From Lama glama (lineage: Eukaryota), in the NCBI GenBank assembly GCA_028534125.1, contig CM052817.1, positions 7,566,001 to 7,629,581 of the forward strand: a stretch of DNA of 63,581 nucleotides, given 5' to 3'. Below, piece after piece: positions 1 through 10,889 of the stretch. The notes below the pieces were generated by a model that had not been told where the DNA came from, searched no databases, and saw nothing but the letters and a program-made list of their open reading frames with translations. Position numbers and translations under genes: made by a program. Position 1 is the stretch's first letter. Every line of letters begins with the position of its first letter.

Positions 1-800
1 CCCCCAAGCACCAGGGCCGTCCCGTTTTAATTATCCAGGTGATCTTGATCAACTTGCCTTAGCCTCAGTGTCCACGTCTGTAAAATGGCGAGACCTGTGT
101 GTTTGCGCGAAGATGAAAAGAGAAAATGCACGCAACGGAGACCACCCTGGCGCCTGGCGCGCTGCAGCGGCCAGTGCAGGGGAGTCTTCTCTCGCCCTGG
201 TTTCTGGTTTCTGTTCCTCACCTTGCACAGCCGTAACACTGCGTTACGGAGTCTCAGAGAGCAAAGCTAGTTTCCCACCGCGGCATGGCGATCAGAACCT
301 GCCAATATCACTATGCACCTTGTTTCCCATTCTGCACAACCTGGAACCAGACCAAACCAGCAAGGAGAGGTCAGCCTCACTGGAGAGGCAAGATTGGCTA
401 CAAGGGAGCCTAGAAGGGGCGCTGCAAGCCCCCGGGGCGTGGCTCCTGCCCCTGGTCTACCTCCCGAAAAATCTACTCTTTACACCTTCATTTCATTCGG
501 ATCTCCAACCACACGGCGTTCTCTGCACCGGTTTCCAGCCTGAAATCTCTTCCTTTTCTTTGTCCTTGCTGAGTCACGGTCCTCCCTCAGTATCCCCCAG
601 GGGATCGTCCCAGAGCCCCCTCGGATACCAGAGTCCGCGAATGCTCAAGTGTCTTACGTACACAGCCAGGCCTCTGGATCCGCGAACGCAGAACCCGGGG
701 TCCTGCGTTCCTCTTTGCAGCGCAGCCCTCGCTGCCCATGGAGAAGCCCCACCTCTGCCCTCTGGGCAAGCCCTCTGTGGTTCTACCCCTTCGTTTCATG
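1..800. promoter_or_regulatory. CpG-enriched, GC-rich segment; probable edge or shore of a CpG island lying mostly upstream of the window
   Basis: Many CG dinucleotides (gcgcgaag, ggcgcctggcgcgc, ccgcggc, ccgcgaacgc) compared with the CpG-poor remainder of the window. Confidence 0.6.
38..185 (+). mobile_element. MIR SINE relic, CpG-rich
   Basis: gtgatcttgatcaacttgccttagcctcagtgtccacgtctgtaaaatgg...cctggcgcctggc matches the MIR core (gcctcagtttcctcatctgtaaaatgg...gtgcctggc). Confidence 0.7.
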
Positions 801-970
801 CAGCGCTGCATTTCCACTGATTGCTTAGCTGCCTGTTCCTTGCCCCATCCTTTCTTGTTATTTCAGGAGGGTAGGACTTTGTTTTCATCTCTGGGATAGC
901 CTTGAGTGCCTCTCCAGTCGCTAAAATGCGTGGGTTACTCAAGAAATGTTTGGGAAAATGTAATTAAATG
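740..970 (+). mobile_element. L2 3' end relic
   Basis: ggagggtaggactttgttttcatctctg...actcaagaaatgtttggg resembles the L2 3' terminus. Confidence 0.5.
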
Positions 971-1020
971 TGCCCAGTACAGATACTTCTACAAAATCGC
1001 AGTGCAGTTGGTTCCACGTA

Positions 1021-1044
1021 GTGTGTGTGTGTGTGTGTGTGTGT
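1021..1044. repeat. (GT)n microsatellite
   Basis: Direct dinucleotide run. Confidence 0.95.
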
Positions 1045-1479
1045 ACGTGTTACAATGACACTCTCAAAATAGGAGCATGTGGTTGTATGCGTCTGTCTTC
1101 AACACTGAATTGTTCAAAATATGAGTAAATCTTTTAACAGGCCATGCTATGACCAATACGTTCATTGTGATAATGTGTTTACAAATCCTTCTATCAATGT
1201 TTGAATTGCAAACAATGAATGAAAAAGAAAAGCAATAAACAAAGCCTGGTTTTATTCAATGAACAATAAAAAAAATTTGAGAAGCAAGTAAAATACTTAA
1301 TAGTGAAAAATTAGAATTAGCAATAAAAATATGTTATTTAGAGGCATTTAGATATTACAGAGGCAAAGTGGCTGGGAGGATGAAACTGGAAAGGGGCACC
1401 ATAGACTCATTTGTAAAAAATAAATAAATAAATAAATAAACTTACAAAATTAATTGTTTAAACCATGTACATGTATTTT

Positions 1480-4400
1480 TTTTTAATTTTTACTTTGAGT
1501 ACATCGAACATGAGGGGATCAAATCCCCTTTTACACCTTGATAAATTTTCACAAAGGGAGCATGATAAAATAACCACCAGACAGATGAAGAAATACTTAT
1601 TGACACCCAGAGACCCCCTTCTTTCTCTCAGCCAGTTACTAACCCCCCCTCCTAAAATATAGCCCCTTTTCTGACTTTCAATACCATAGATTAGTTCAAT
1701 TTGTGTTTGAATACAAATGATACCATACACTATTTAGCTTTTTTGTTCAACATTAAGTATGTAAGCTTCATTTATTTTTACAAGTGTGTAGAATTTCATT
1801 ACATGAATATGACAACATTAATTTATCCTTTCTACTGTGGTTAGGCACTACAGTGGTTCCCAGTCTGGTGACTTTATAACACTGCTATGAACACTCTTGA
1901 ACATGTTTTTTTGGTGTATATAAGCAAATATTTCTGTTGATGACTGAAATTGTGGGGGTATAGGGTGTGCCCACATTTGAAGCTAAAAGATTCACACACA
2001 TGGCAGCCAAATTCCCATTATAATGAGAGGTTTTAGTCCATTTCTTTTAGTACAGGATAAGCAAAGCAGTCAAAATCCAGTAAGAATATTGAAGATTTAC
2101 GTAACACAGTGAGCCAACTTGATCATAACTTATCTATTTCTCCTTTTTGTTTTGGTCACTTCTACTTTACAGATTATGAAGCTACATTATTAGGATACAA
2201 ATTTAGAATTATATCTTTCTGATAAGACTAGCCCCATAGGTATACAATGCCCTAAATTTTATTCTTGCTGAGGAACATCCTTTAGTAGTTTTTTCAACAA
2301 AGATCTGTGGGTAGTTATCCTCTGTTATGCTTTGTGCATCTAAACATGGTTTTATTTTACCTTCATTATTCAACGTTTAGAATCGTAGCTTGGTAGTCAT
2401 TTACCCTGATAACTTGGTTCGTATTAACCCATGTCTTCAGGTAACTATTGTCTCTCATGGGACATCTATCGTCAATCCGATCTTACTCTACTGTAGACGG
2501 TTCGTAAGTCTATTCTCTTGACTTATGTTCAAGATACTCCCTTTATTTTTGTTGTTCTACAGTTTAATATGATGTATCCAATCTGTGTTTTTAAAAAGTA
2601 TTTCTTTCCATACTTGAGAAGACTTTTCAGTGTGTGGACTTAAAATTTTTCTCTCTTTTCAAACCATCTGGTAGATGTGTGATGAGTTTCTTGAAGTATG
2701 TCACATGTTTTTGAATTCTCTTTAATATTTTTATCTTATGAGCCTGTGTTGTCTAGCACAGGGAACTATATCCAATAGCTTGTAATAACCTATAATGAAA
2801 AAGAATATGAACAAGGAAAATAAAGATCTAGTGTCAATACTTTAATTCTACCATCAGTTGTGTCTTTCTCAGTTTTTATCTAACCTATTTTTTTTAACAT
2901 TTCACTACATATATTTCCCATTCCAAGGCTATCAACTTTTTTCCCCCTAAATGTACCAATACATCTTTGATGGCTTCCTTGTATCATTCTAAATAAAACA
3001 GTTTTATCCTTTAGCAAAGTAGTATTTTATGTTTAAACACACATAAACATGAATCAAATAGAAACATAAATTTAAATAAAAATAATAAATTCCCTTTTAC
3101 ACACACTAAATTGGCTAAAGATTAGACCCTAGAAGTCTTTTTATTGTCCCTTTCCAGTTGGATTTTCCTCCTGGCTAGAGTTAAACATCTCCTCTAAATT
3201 TCTAATAACTTCCTTGTTTTTCCTTAGTGGAATATATAACCTATCAATGAAATAGATCCCAATATCCTAAATAATATATTGTTATATTGTCTAGAATAAT
3301 TAAACTTTATGCATTTCTTAATCCCTTACCCTTTGTATCTAAATATGTTTTGTTTGGTATAATAGGTTCAATCAATTTTTTTGTTTACTATTTACATAGC
3401 AAATATTTTTTCACATTTTGAATTCAAACCTATTTATTGCTATATATTCTGCATATGTCCCCTATGCAACATAAAGGTGGATTTTGTTTTTAATCCACAC
3501 TGACAATTTTGCACTTAGCTAGATAGCTGAGACCTTGCATATTTTTTGTGCTCACTGTCTTATCTTGGAAAGATGACTGTTTTACTATGCATTTTCCTTC
3601 TCCTCCATTTTTTTCTGACTCCTTTCTTTCTTGCCATCTTTTGGATTGATTGACTTTTTTTTTCTTTTTCTCCCTCTACTTGTTTGTAAATAATATACTC
3701 TATGTATGGTATTTTAGTGGTTTGTGGAACTATGTGGCCAGGTATCTTTTACTTGACAAGTTTAAAATTAATCAGTATCTTCACTCTCTTCCATAATAAA
3801 AATCTTGTGTATTCCCCATAAATTAGATATTGTCATTATTTATGCAGTCCATATTTGTTTAAAATTGCCTACAAAATTACCAATGTATTTTCTTTCCATT
3901 CATTTTTGTAGTGGGGATTTTTGTATCCAGAATTACTGTCCTTCAGTCTGAAGCAAAGCAGTTTTCAGAATTTCCTTTTTTAACTGCTGAAGTGTCATTT
4001 TTATGTCTGTAACAACTTTATTTCATTTTCATTGTAAAAGATAGTTTACACATATGGGCAATTCTAGGTTGACAAGCATCATTTTTCTCAGCATTTACAA
4101 GAACTGTTCCAGTCTTCTGTCTTGAATTATTTCTGCTAACAAGTCCATCATCCGTCTCCCAGGCATCCCTTTCTAGGTGTCTGGTCTCCTTCCCCTGCAG
4201 ATCTTAAAGTCTCTTTCACGGTGTTTAAAGGTTTCTAGGTGGGGATTTCCTTCAGTTTCTCCTGCTTGGTGTTGATTCCGCTTTGGGGATCTGAAGATGG
4301 GTATTTTAAATAACTTTGTAATGTTTTCAGCCTCTACCACTTTGTTGCCTCTATACTAGTTTCTTCATCATGTCCTTCTGCAACCCTGATAAGAACATGT

Positions 4401-4555
4401 CAAAGCTTCGCATGTTAACTTTGTCTCCTAACTTCCCTTTCATAGTTTTCACTTCTCTCTCTCTGATCTCTGAGCTTTATTGTAGGCAGTTTCTTTACCT
4501 CCACATTCCACTTTAATATTTCTCTCTTCAGTTGTATGTGGTCTGTTCTTTTTGA
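1480..4555 (-). mobile_element. Old, fragmented L1 (L1M/L1ME-like; 3' UTR, ORF2 and ORF1 remnants)
   Basis: T-rich antisense L1 motifs such as aacactgctatgaacactcttg, taatccacactgacaat, attctaggttgac...ctcagcattt. Confidence 0.6.
2752..2822 (+). mobile_element. Very short L1 3'-UTR fragment, cetartiodactyl type
   Basis: tagcacagggaactatatccaatagcttgtaataacctataatgaaaaagaatatgaa; same motif as the longer copies at 52850 and 54165. Confidence 0.8.
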
Positions 4556-4557
4556 TT

Positions 4558-5050
4558 CTTTTTTAGATTGTGGCTAAAAATGCATAACATAAAGCTTACT
4601 ATCGTAACCATTTGTAAGTGCACAGTTCAGTAGTGTTAAGTAAATTTGTGTTGTTGCACAACCAACCTTCAGAATTGTTTTTCTTGCAACACTGAAAATC
4701 TTGTATCTATTAAACAACTCCCCATTCCTCCTCCCCCACACCTGGCAACCACCATTCTACTTTCTACCTCTATGAATTTGACAACTTAAGGTGTCTCTTC
4801 TAAGTGTAACCATACAGTATTTGTCTTCTTGTGACTGGCTTATTTCACTTAGTATAATGTCCTCCAGGTTCATCCCTGTCATAGCCTGTGTCAGAATTTC
4901 CTTCCTTGTTAAGGCTGAGTAATATTCCATGGTATGTAAATACCATGCTTTGTTTATCCAGTCATTCATCAACGGACACTTGGATTGCTTCTGTGTTTTA
5001 GCTGTTGTTTATAATGCTGCTATGAACATAGTGTGCAAATTATCTCTTCT
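4558..5050 (-). mobile_element. L1MA/L1MB-type 3' end
   Basis: cctggcaaccaccattctactttctacctctatgaatttgac, gactggcttatttcacttagtataatgtcctccaggttcatcc; ORF 4757-4972 translates to the L1 ORF2 end (WYLHTMEYYSA...LEDIILSEISQ). Confidence 0.85.
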
Positions 5051-6241
5051 GCAACCTTTTATTTTTGGGGGGAGCAGGTATTTATTTTCTTTTTAAAAAT
5101 TTTTGAATTGTGGCTTTTTTTAATTGAGGCATAATTGATGTATAACACTACATTAGTTTCAGGTGTAAAGTACAATGTAATCTGTTCTTAACCTATCCAC
5201 TGAGCTTTTAATTTCAATTATTACATTTTCACTTACACGTGTTTTATTTCAATTTTAAAACTTCTTTATTATTTTATAATAATAACAATTAATGACAACA
5301 ATAAACCTACCTTGTCCATGTTTTCAAGCTTCTTTCGATTCTTTAAACATACTAAGAATAATTACTTTGTATATTGTTTTAATTATTCAAGTATCTGAAA
5401 TATTTGTAAGCAAAATTCTGTTTTCTGAGACACTTCCACCCCCACCCCAGTTGTCATTTAGCTTGGCTTGTTTGTTTGCTTGTTTTGTAATCTTTTGTTT
5501 GTTTGTTTGTTTGTTTGGAAGTTACCAGTTTTCCTTGGATCTTTACCTGGGGTACAATTCAAGTCCAAAATTGAAATCATGTCTCCAGAGATAAATTTTG
5601 TTTACTCCTCCCAGGAACTCCTGAACACGATCATTTCATTACGCTTTAAATTAAATTCCCCAACTGAAGATTAGACATGTAGATAGCATGAATTCAGACT
5701 CTTAATCCAAGGGTTGTCTATCTTGCAGTCACTAATTTACAAAGTATTGAGTAAGGCAAATTCCTTATTCACACCTCTTGCACTATTATTTATCATTTTT
5801 CCTCATATTAAACATGCCATCATTTGGGGTGCTAGCTGTATACAGGGGTCTCCTGTTGCACTCCCTGCTTTGGGCAGCACACCCAGTACCTCTGTTATCA
5901 AGGGCGCCCAGGACCCGCAGCATCTGACAGCAATCCTCGAGTGGAGAAAAGCAAATGTGCCACTTCTTTAACTCCAGCTTTCACTTGTTTTGTGGCCCCT
6001 ATAGATTTCAACCTTTCATATTAGCTCAGCAAACAATTTAAACTTTTTTAAATTATTTTTTTAAAGAATACGTACATATGAAGTTTCATTTTCAGTGGGG
6101 AGAAATGTTCAAAGCATATAGTGCACAGCACAGGGTAGAAGCTGCTTCCATTATCGACTGGAAAAACTCCAAACATTTGAAGGTCCTTGTAGGTATTTTG
6201 CCCAGTTCTCTTCACGTGTGGTGATGAATGTACCCATGTAT

Positions 6242-6583
6242 TTTTTTCCTTCTTATTGCAGTATAGTCAGTTTACAATGTTGTGTCAATTTCTGGTGTAC
6301 AGCATAATATTTCAGTCATACATCTACATACATATATTCATTTTCAGATTCTTTTTCATTATAGGTTACTATAAGATATTGAATAGAGTTCCCTGTGCTG
6401 TACAGTATAAACTTGTTTATCTATTTTATACATAATAGTTAGTATCTGCAAACCTCGGATTCCCGATTTATCCCTAACCACCCCCGGCTCTGGTAACCAT
6501 AAGTATCTTTTCTATGTCTGTGAGTCTGTTACTGTTTTGTAAATAAGTTCATTTGTCTTTCTTTCTTTTTTTTCAGATTCCAC
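6242..6583 (-). mobile_element. Lineage-specific L1 3' end, 5'-truncated
   Basis: gtatagtcagtttacaatgttgtgtcaatttctggtgtacagc...gttccctgtgctgtacag...tttcagattccac. Confidence 0.9.
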
Positions 6584-7984
6584 TTTTTGATTTTAGTTGA
6601 CAGCTCAGTCTCCCCGAATTCTTTTTCTCTGTTCATGCCTCTCTCTTTTAGCAGCTCTCTCAACCTTGTTTTCTTGTGTTCAGCCCAGAATCAAGCCATC
6701 TGTAGGGAGTTCAGGGTTCTTGCCTCACGGGGGAAGCTAAATGCAGGTTCTGTGCAAATGTGGTTTTTAGCTCACACTCACACCAGGGATTTTCTCTTAG
6801 TTTAGTAAAGAGATTTTGCTTTCATTAGTACACAGAGCTATGAACATGTTTAATACAGTGGGAAAAAAAATAGTAAGCACTTTAGAAAAGTAAGAAAGTA
6901 AGGACAGTGAGATGATTCTGTGCTTCCGCCGTCCTTGTTAACTGGAAAGCAATCCGTTGTCTTTCTCTGCCCTCCGTGTCGGTCTCTCCCCGTCCATCTG
7001 ACTTCCAAGCCTGTGCTTATTCCTCGTTACCACTCAAATGTATGGAAATTATTTTTCCACCTCTTTCACTAACAAAAGTGTTTTGAAATTTAGTTGTTCA
7101 TGATTCCGTACAGGTCAGTAAATTCATAGCAATAATCGCCTCTTGTTTCCCGACACTATTTTTCAAGAATAAAATTCCAGCTGGGCTCTCTGCTGTCTTC
7201 CTATTAATGTTCTGAGGGTGCATTTCACTGGTGTTATTGAGGAATGGGATGTTTTTATGTTCATTTGTTCTCATGAATAATTTATCAGGCAAGTTAATAA
7301 CTAGTGATCACACCTAATTACCTTACATTTGAACTACATACTTTTTAACGGTATCTTTAAATTTACCTTGGGCTAAACTTTCTCAAAGACAGTCTGAAAA
7401 TGCACAACAAGACCTCTTTAAAAGTTTGTACAATACAATCCTATCAATTTGTTTATATTATTTTATTTTAGGGAACATCAATTATGGATTAATTTTCATT
7501 TACAAAGATATGAGAACTCTTCATTATAACATTTTTATACATCTGAAAAAATAAGACAACATGTTGGCTGAAGGACAGAAGTAATTAAATGAATGCTGGT
7601 ATGTCACCATGATAAAATATTCAGCCATTAAAGATGATTTTTAAGAATTTTTTGACTTTGAAAAATATGCTATGATAAGTGAAGTGGTAAACATAGAAAA
7701 CAAAAAATGTATAGACTATTATACCAGTTCATTGTCTCTCTCTCTATCTATCTATCTATACATATATATATTGATTTATCTATATATCTGAGACAAAACT
7801 GGGAAAAAGAAAGAGATAAACCAAAAAGTCAGTTCTAATTGTCCTACATGGTAGAATTCGGATTTTTTTTTATGTATTCCTCTTTTCATATTTTCTATAG
7901 TGAATATAACATTGAACCATGGAGAAAAGGTAAATGTTTATTATCATCACACAGCTATGTTCATAACTGAGAAATTATAGAACT

Positions 7985-8085
7985 AGGAGAGGGAGAATGA
8001 AAGGGAAGGAGAAAAAGAAAAAAGAGAATAAACAAAAGAAAGAAAGGAGGAAGGAAGGAAAGAGGGAAGGAAGGGAGGGAGGAAC
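7985..8085. repeat. Polypurine (GA-rich) low-complexity tract
   Basis: ggagagggagaatgaaagggaagg...ggaaggaaggaaagagggaagg. Confidence 0.8.
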
Positions 8086-8558
8086 ATGGAATGCTCTCTG
8101 TCTTGATGTGTTCTATTTCATTGTTCGATGTATAAAGTAAATGCAAAACTGAAAGTCTTTGGTCAAGAAGGATCTGGTGTTGATCACTGCAGGCACTTAA
8201 AACTCATCAGCTCAGGGTCTGCTAACATTTAGGAAAGCAAACAGCCAACCAGGGGTTCCAAATAAAAGCACAGGGCAGAAGTCAGCAAAGATCCTTATGG
8301 CAATCTTCAAAGGCCAGCTCAGACCACACATTTGGGTGGCAGCTCACATGGTCACCATTCAAGAATTCAGAGAAGGAACAAGAAGGGGCCGGAATTGGGG
8401 TGGGGGAAGGGTGGAAGAGCTGTTTCCTGTGCCAAAACCCTGTAAACACGTGAAGAAGCTAAGTGATGTCACATTTCAAAGAGCCTGAAGTAAACATCTG
8501 TGAGTTACAGTGAGCAGCGCCAGTATATTTCTGGTATTTGGAATGAGTCATTTATGTT

Positions 8559-9058
8559 NNNNNNNNNNNNNNNNNNNNNNNNNNNNNNNNNNNNNNNNNN
8601 NNNNNNNNNNNNNNNNNNNNNNNNNNNNNNNNNNNNNNNNNNNNNNNNNNNNNNNNNNNNNNNNNNNNNNNNNNNNNNNNNNNNNNNNNNNNNNNNNNNN
8701 NNNNNNNNNNNNNNNNNNNNNNNNNNNNNNNNNNNNNNNNNNNNNNNNNNNNNNNNNNNNNNNNNNNNNNNNNNNNNNNNNNNNNNNNNNNNNNNNNNNN
8801 NNNNNNNNNNNNNNNNNNNNNNNNNNNNNNNNNNNNNNNNNNNNNNNNNNNNNNNNNNNNNNNNNNNNNNNNNNNNNNNNNNNNNNNNNNNNNNNNNNNN
8901 NNNNNNNNNNNNNNNNNNNNNNNNNNNNNNNNNNNNNNNNNNNNNNNNNNNNNNNNNNNNNNNNNNNNNNNNNNNNNNNNNNNNNNNNNNNNNNNNNNNN
9001 NNNNNNNNNNNNNNNNNNNNNNNNNNNNNNNNNNNNNNNNNNNNNNNNNNNNNNNNNN
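8559..9058. other. Assembly gap (500 N)
   Basis: Run of N. Confidence 1.
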
Positions 9059-9624
9059 ACCACTAATACACAGATCTTGGCATGAAATTTTGATCGCCAG
9101 AAAAAATGTCTGCTCAGGCTAGCACAAGTGAAGCATGTTTTATTGTAGGACAGTGCTGATTCATCTCACAAGTCAAAGCCAATCTCAGTTTTCCAAGAGC
9201 CGTATTGTTAATTCGGTTGGGCCCCTCCTCCTAGTCCTTCAGTCTTCTCCTTTGGTCTGGCAACTGGCTTTCTCTGTTTCATTCACAGCTTTTTCCCCAA
9301 AGCCCTTTCTGGGGTTTTCACTTGTCACACTGCAAACACTTGACCCAACTCTGTATGACTTCTTAGTTCAGGAGTCCACAATTTTCATCGACTCTTTCTC
9401 TCAGTGTCGTTGTTCTTAAATCTTCTGAGAAAATAGCCTTGGGCGGGTTGGACCAGTGTAGCCCACAGGTATAATCAACAGCAGCATAAGCTATGCATGC
9501 ATTTAGGGTGGTCCCTCCTGGGGGCTGTGGGTGGGTCGTCATCCTACTAGAGTTAGCAGTTGACATGTCTGTTGCCCGTACTTCTTAGGGAAGGAAGAGC
9601 CACACTTGCTTGACAGAGCCCCGC

Positions 9625-9839
9625 GAGCTTTGCAGAGGCTGACTGCTAGATGTAAAACAGGTAAACAACAAGCTTCCACTGCATAGAACAAGGAACTCTA
9701 GTCAATATCTTGTCATAATCTACAATAAAGAAGAATATGAAAATGTATGCATGTACTATATGACTGAAGGGTTATGCTGTATTAACACAACATTGTAAAC
9801 TGATACATCAGTAAAAAATAATAATCATGTTAAAAAAAA
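9625..9839 (+). mobile_element. Degenerate, truncated L1 3' end
   Basis: aaacaacaagcttccactgcatagaacaaggaactctagtcaatatcttgtcataatc...ttatgctgt...cattgtaaactga plus an A-rich tail. Confidence 0.8.
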
Positions 9840-10062
9840 CTGCTGTTTGATCATAAGGTTTCACACACTAGGAAGGAATTAGAGAGGGAAATACTTATTA
9901 AATATCAGAAGGTATACATATGGCCGTCTACTTAATTATGTGAGACATTCTTCAAACAGCAGTTAGTAAGTACTGAGTAACTACTGTGGAGAACCAGATG
10001 CTTTCCTACATGTTGTATCATTTTACCCTCATACAAATGTTTCAGAGTTAACATTAGTGACG

Positions 10063-10889
10063 TGTTACAAATGAAAAATGTTAACAAAGATTCTGGTCAC
10101 CAATTCTGATTTGGTGATTCTGTTCCCTACACCACCAGGCAATTCTCTGACACCAGCTGAAGTGTGCTGCTCTCCAGCTCACTTCTGACACGATCTACCT
10201 GGAAAGAAAGGGTCAGATCGCACAGGTTAAGGGCTCAGCTCCACAAGACTGTCTCTCTCACAAACTTTAGAGACAGCTGCAAGCTCAGGTTGTCACCTCT
10301 GCTTCTGACAGACCATCAATAGATTGGAGGTTCCAGTGATCCCCTTCTTAGGTTCAAGTAATTTGCTAGAGTGGATCATAGAACTCAAAGAAACGTTTCA
10401 CTTACTGAATCACTGGTTTATTATAAAAAATAAAATTCAGGAACAGTCATATGGAGGAGGTGTGTAGGGCAAGGCGTGGAGAAAGGACGTAGGACTTCCA
10501 CACTGTCTCCAAGCCAGCCTATCTCCTCAAATCTCCATGTGTCCCCCAACCCAGAAGCTCTCTGAACTCTGTCTTTTGGAATTTTTTATGGAGATTTCAC
10601 TACATAGGCAGGATTGATTGAATCATTGGCGACTGGCCATCAATTCAACCTCCACCCCTTACTTCTGCCCAGGGGTCAGGGTCTTAGGACTGGAGGTTCC
10701 AAACTTCTAAGGAGGTGGTCGGTTCCCCTGACAACCAACTTCCAACCTCTCTTGCTTTCCACAAAGTCACCTCATTAACATAACAAAAGGTACTTTAATT
10801 GCTGTCCTCACTTAAATTCCAGGGTTTTAGGAGCTCTGCACAGAAAGGAGGACAAAAGACCATATTTATATTTCTTATTTTAGATCACA
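10063..10889 (-). mobile_element. MER21-family solo LTR (ERVL class) inserted into a MIR
   Basis: TG...CA termini; gacacgatctacctgga...cacaggttaagggctcag...gatcatagaactca...ccagaagctctctgaac...gggttttaggagctctg; MIR-like sequence on both flanks. Confidence 0.85.

Noticed and set aside
68..820. 250-aa ORF on +
   Set aside because: It begins at a non-ATG codon, runs through MIR/L2 relics, and has no recognisable domain. Its length is explained by stop-codon scarcity in GC-rich DNA.
8500..9085. Long ORFs spanning the N run (likewise 40853-41153)
   Set aside because: Artefacts of translating assembly gaps
9363..9566. Faint resemblance to small mitochondrial or coiled-coil proteins (e.g. CCDC127)
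   Set aside because: The similarity is too weak and spread over several frames, so no name was assigned
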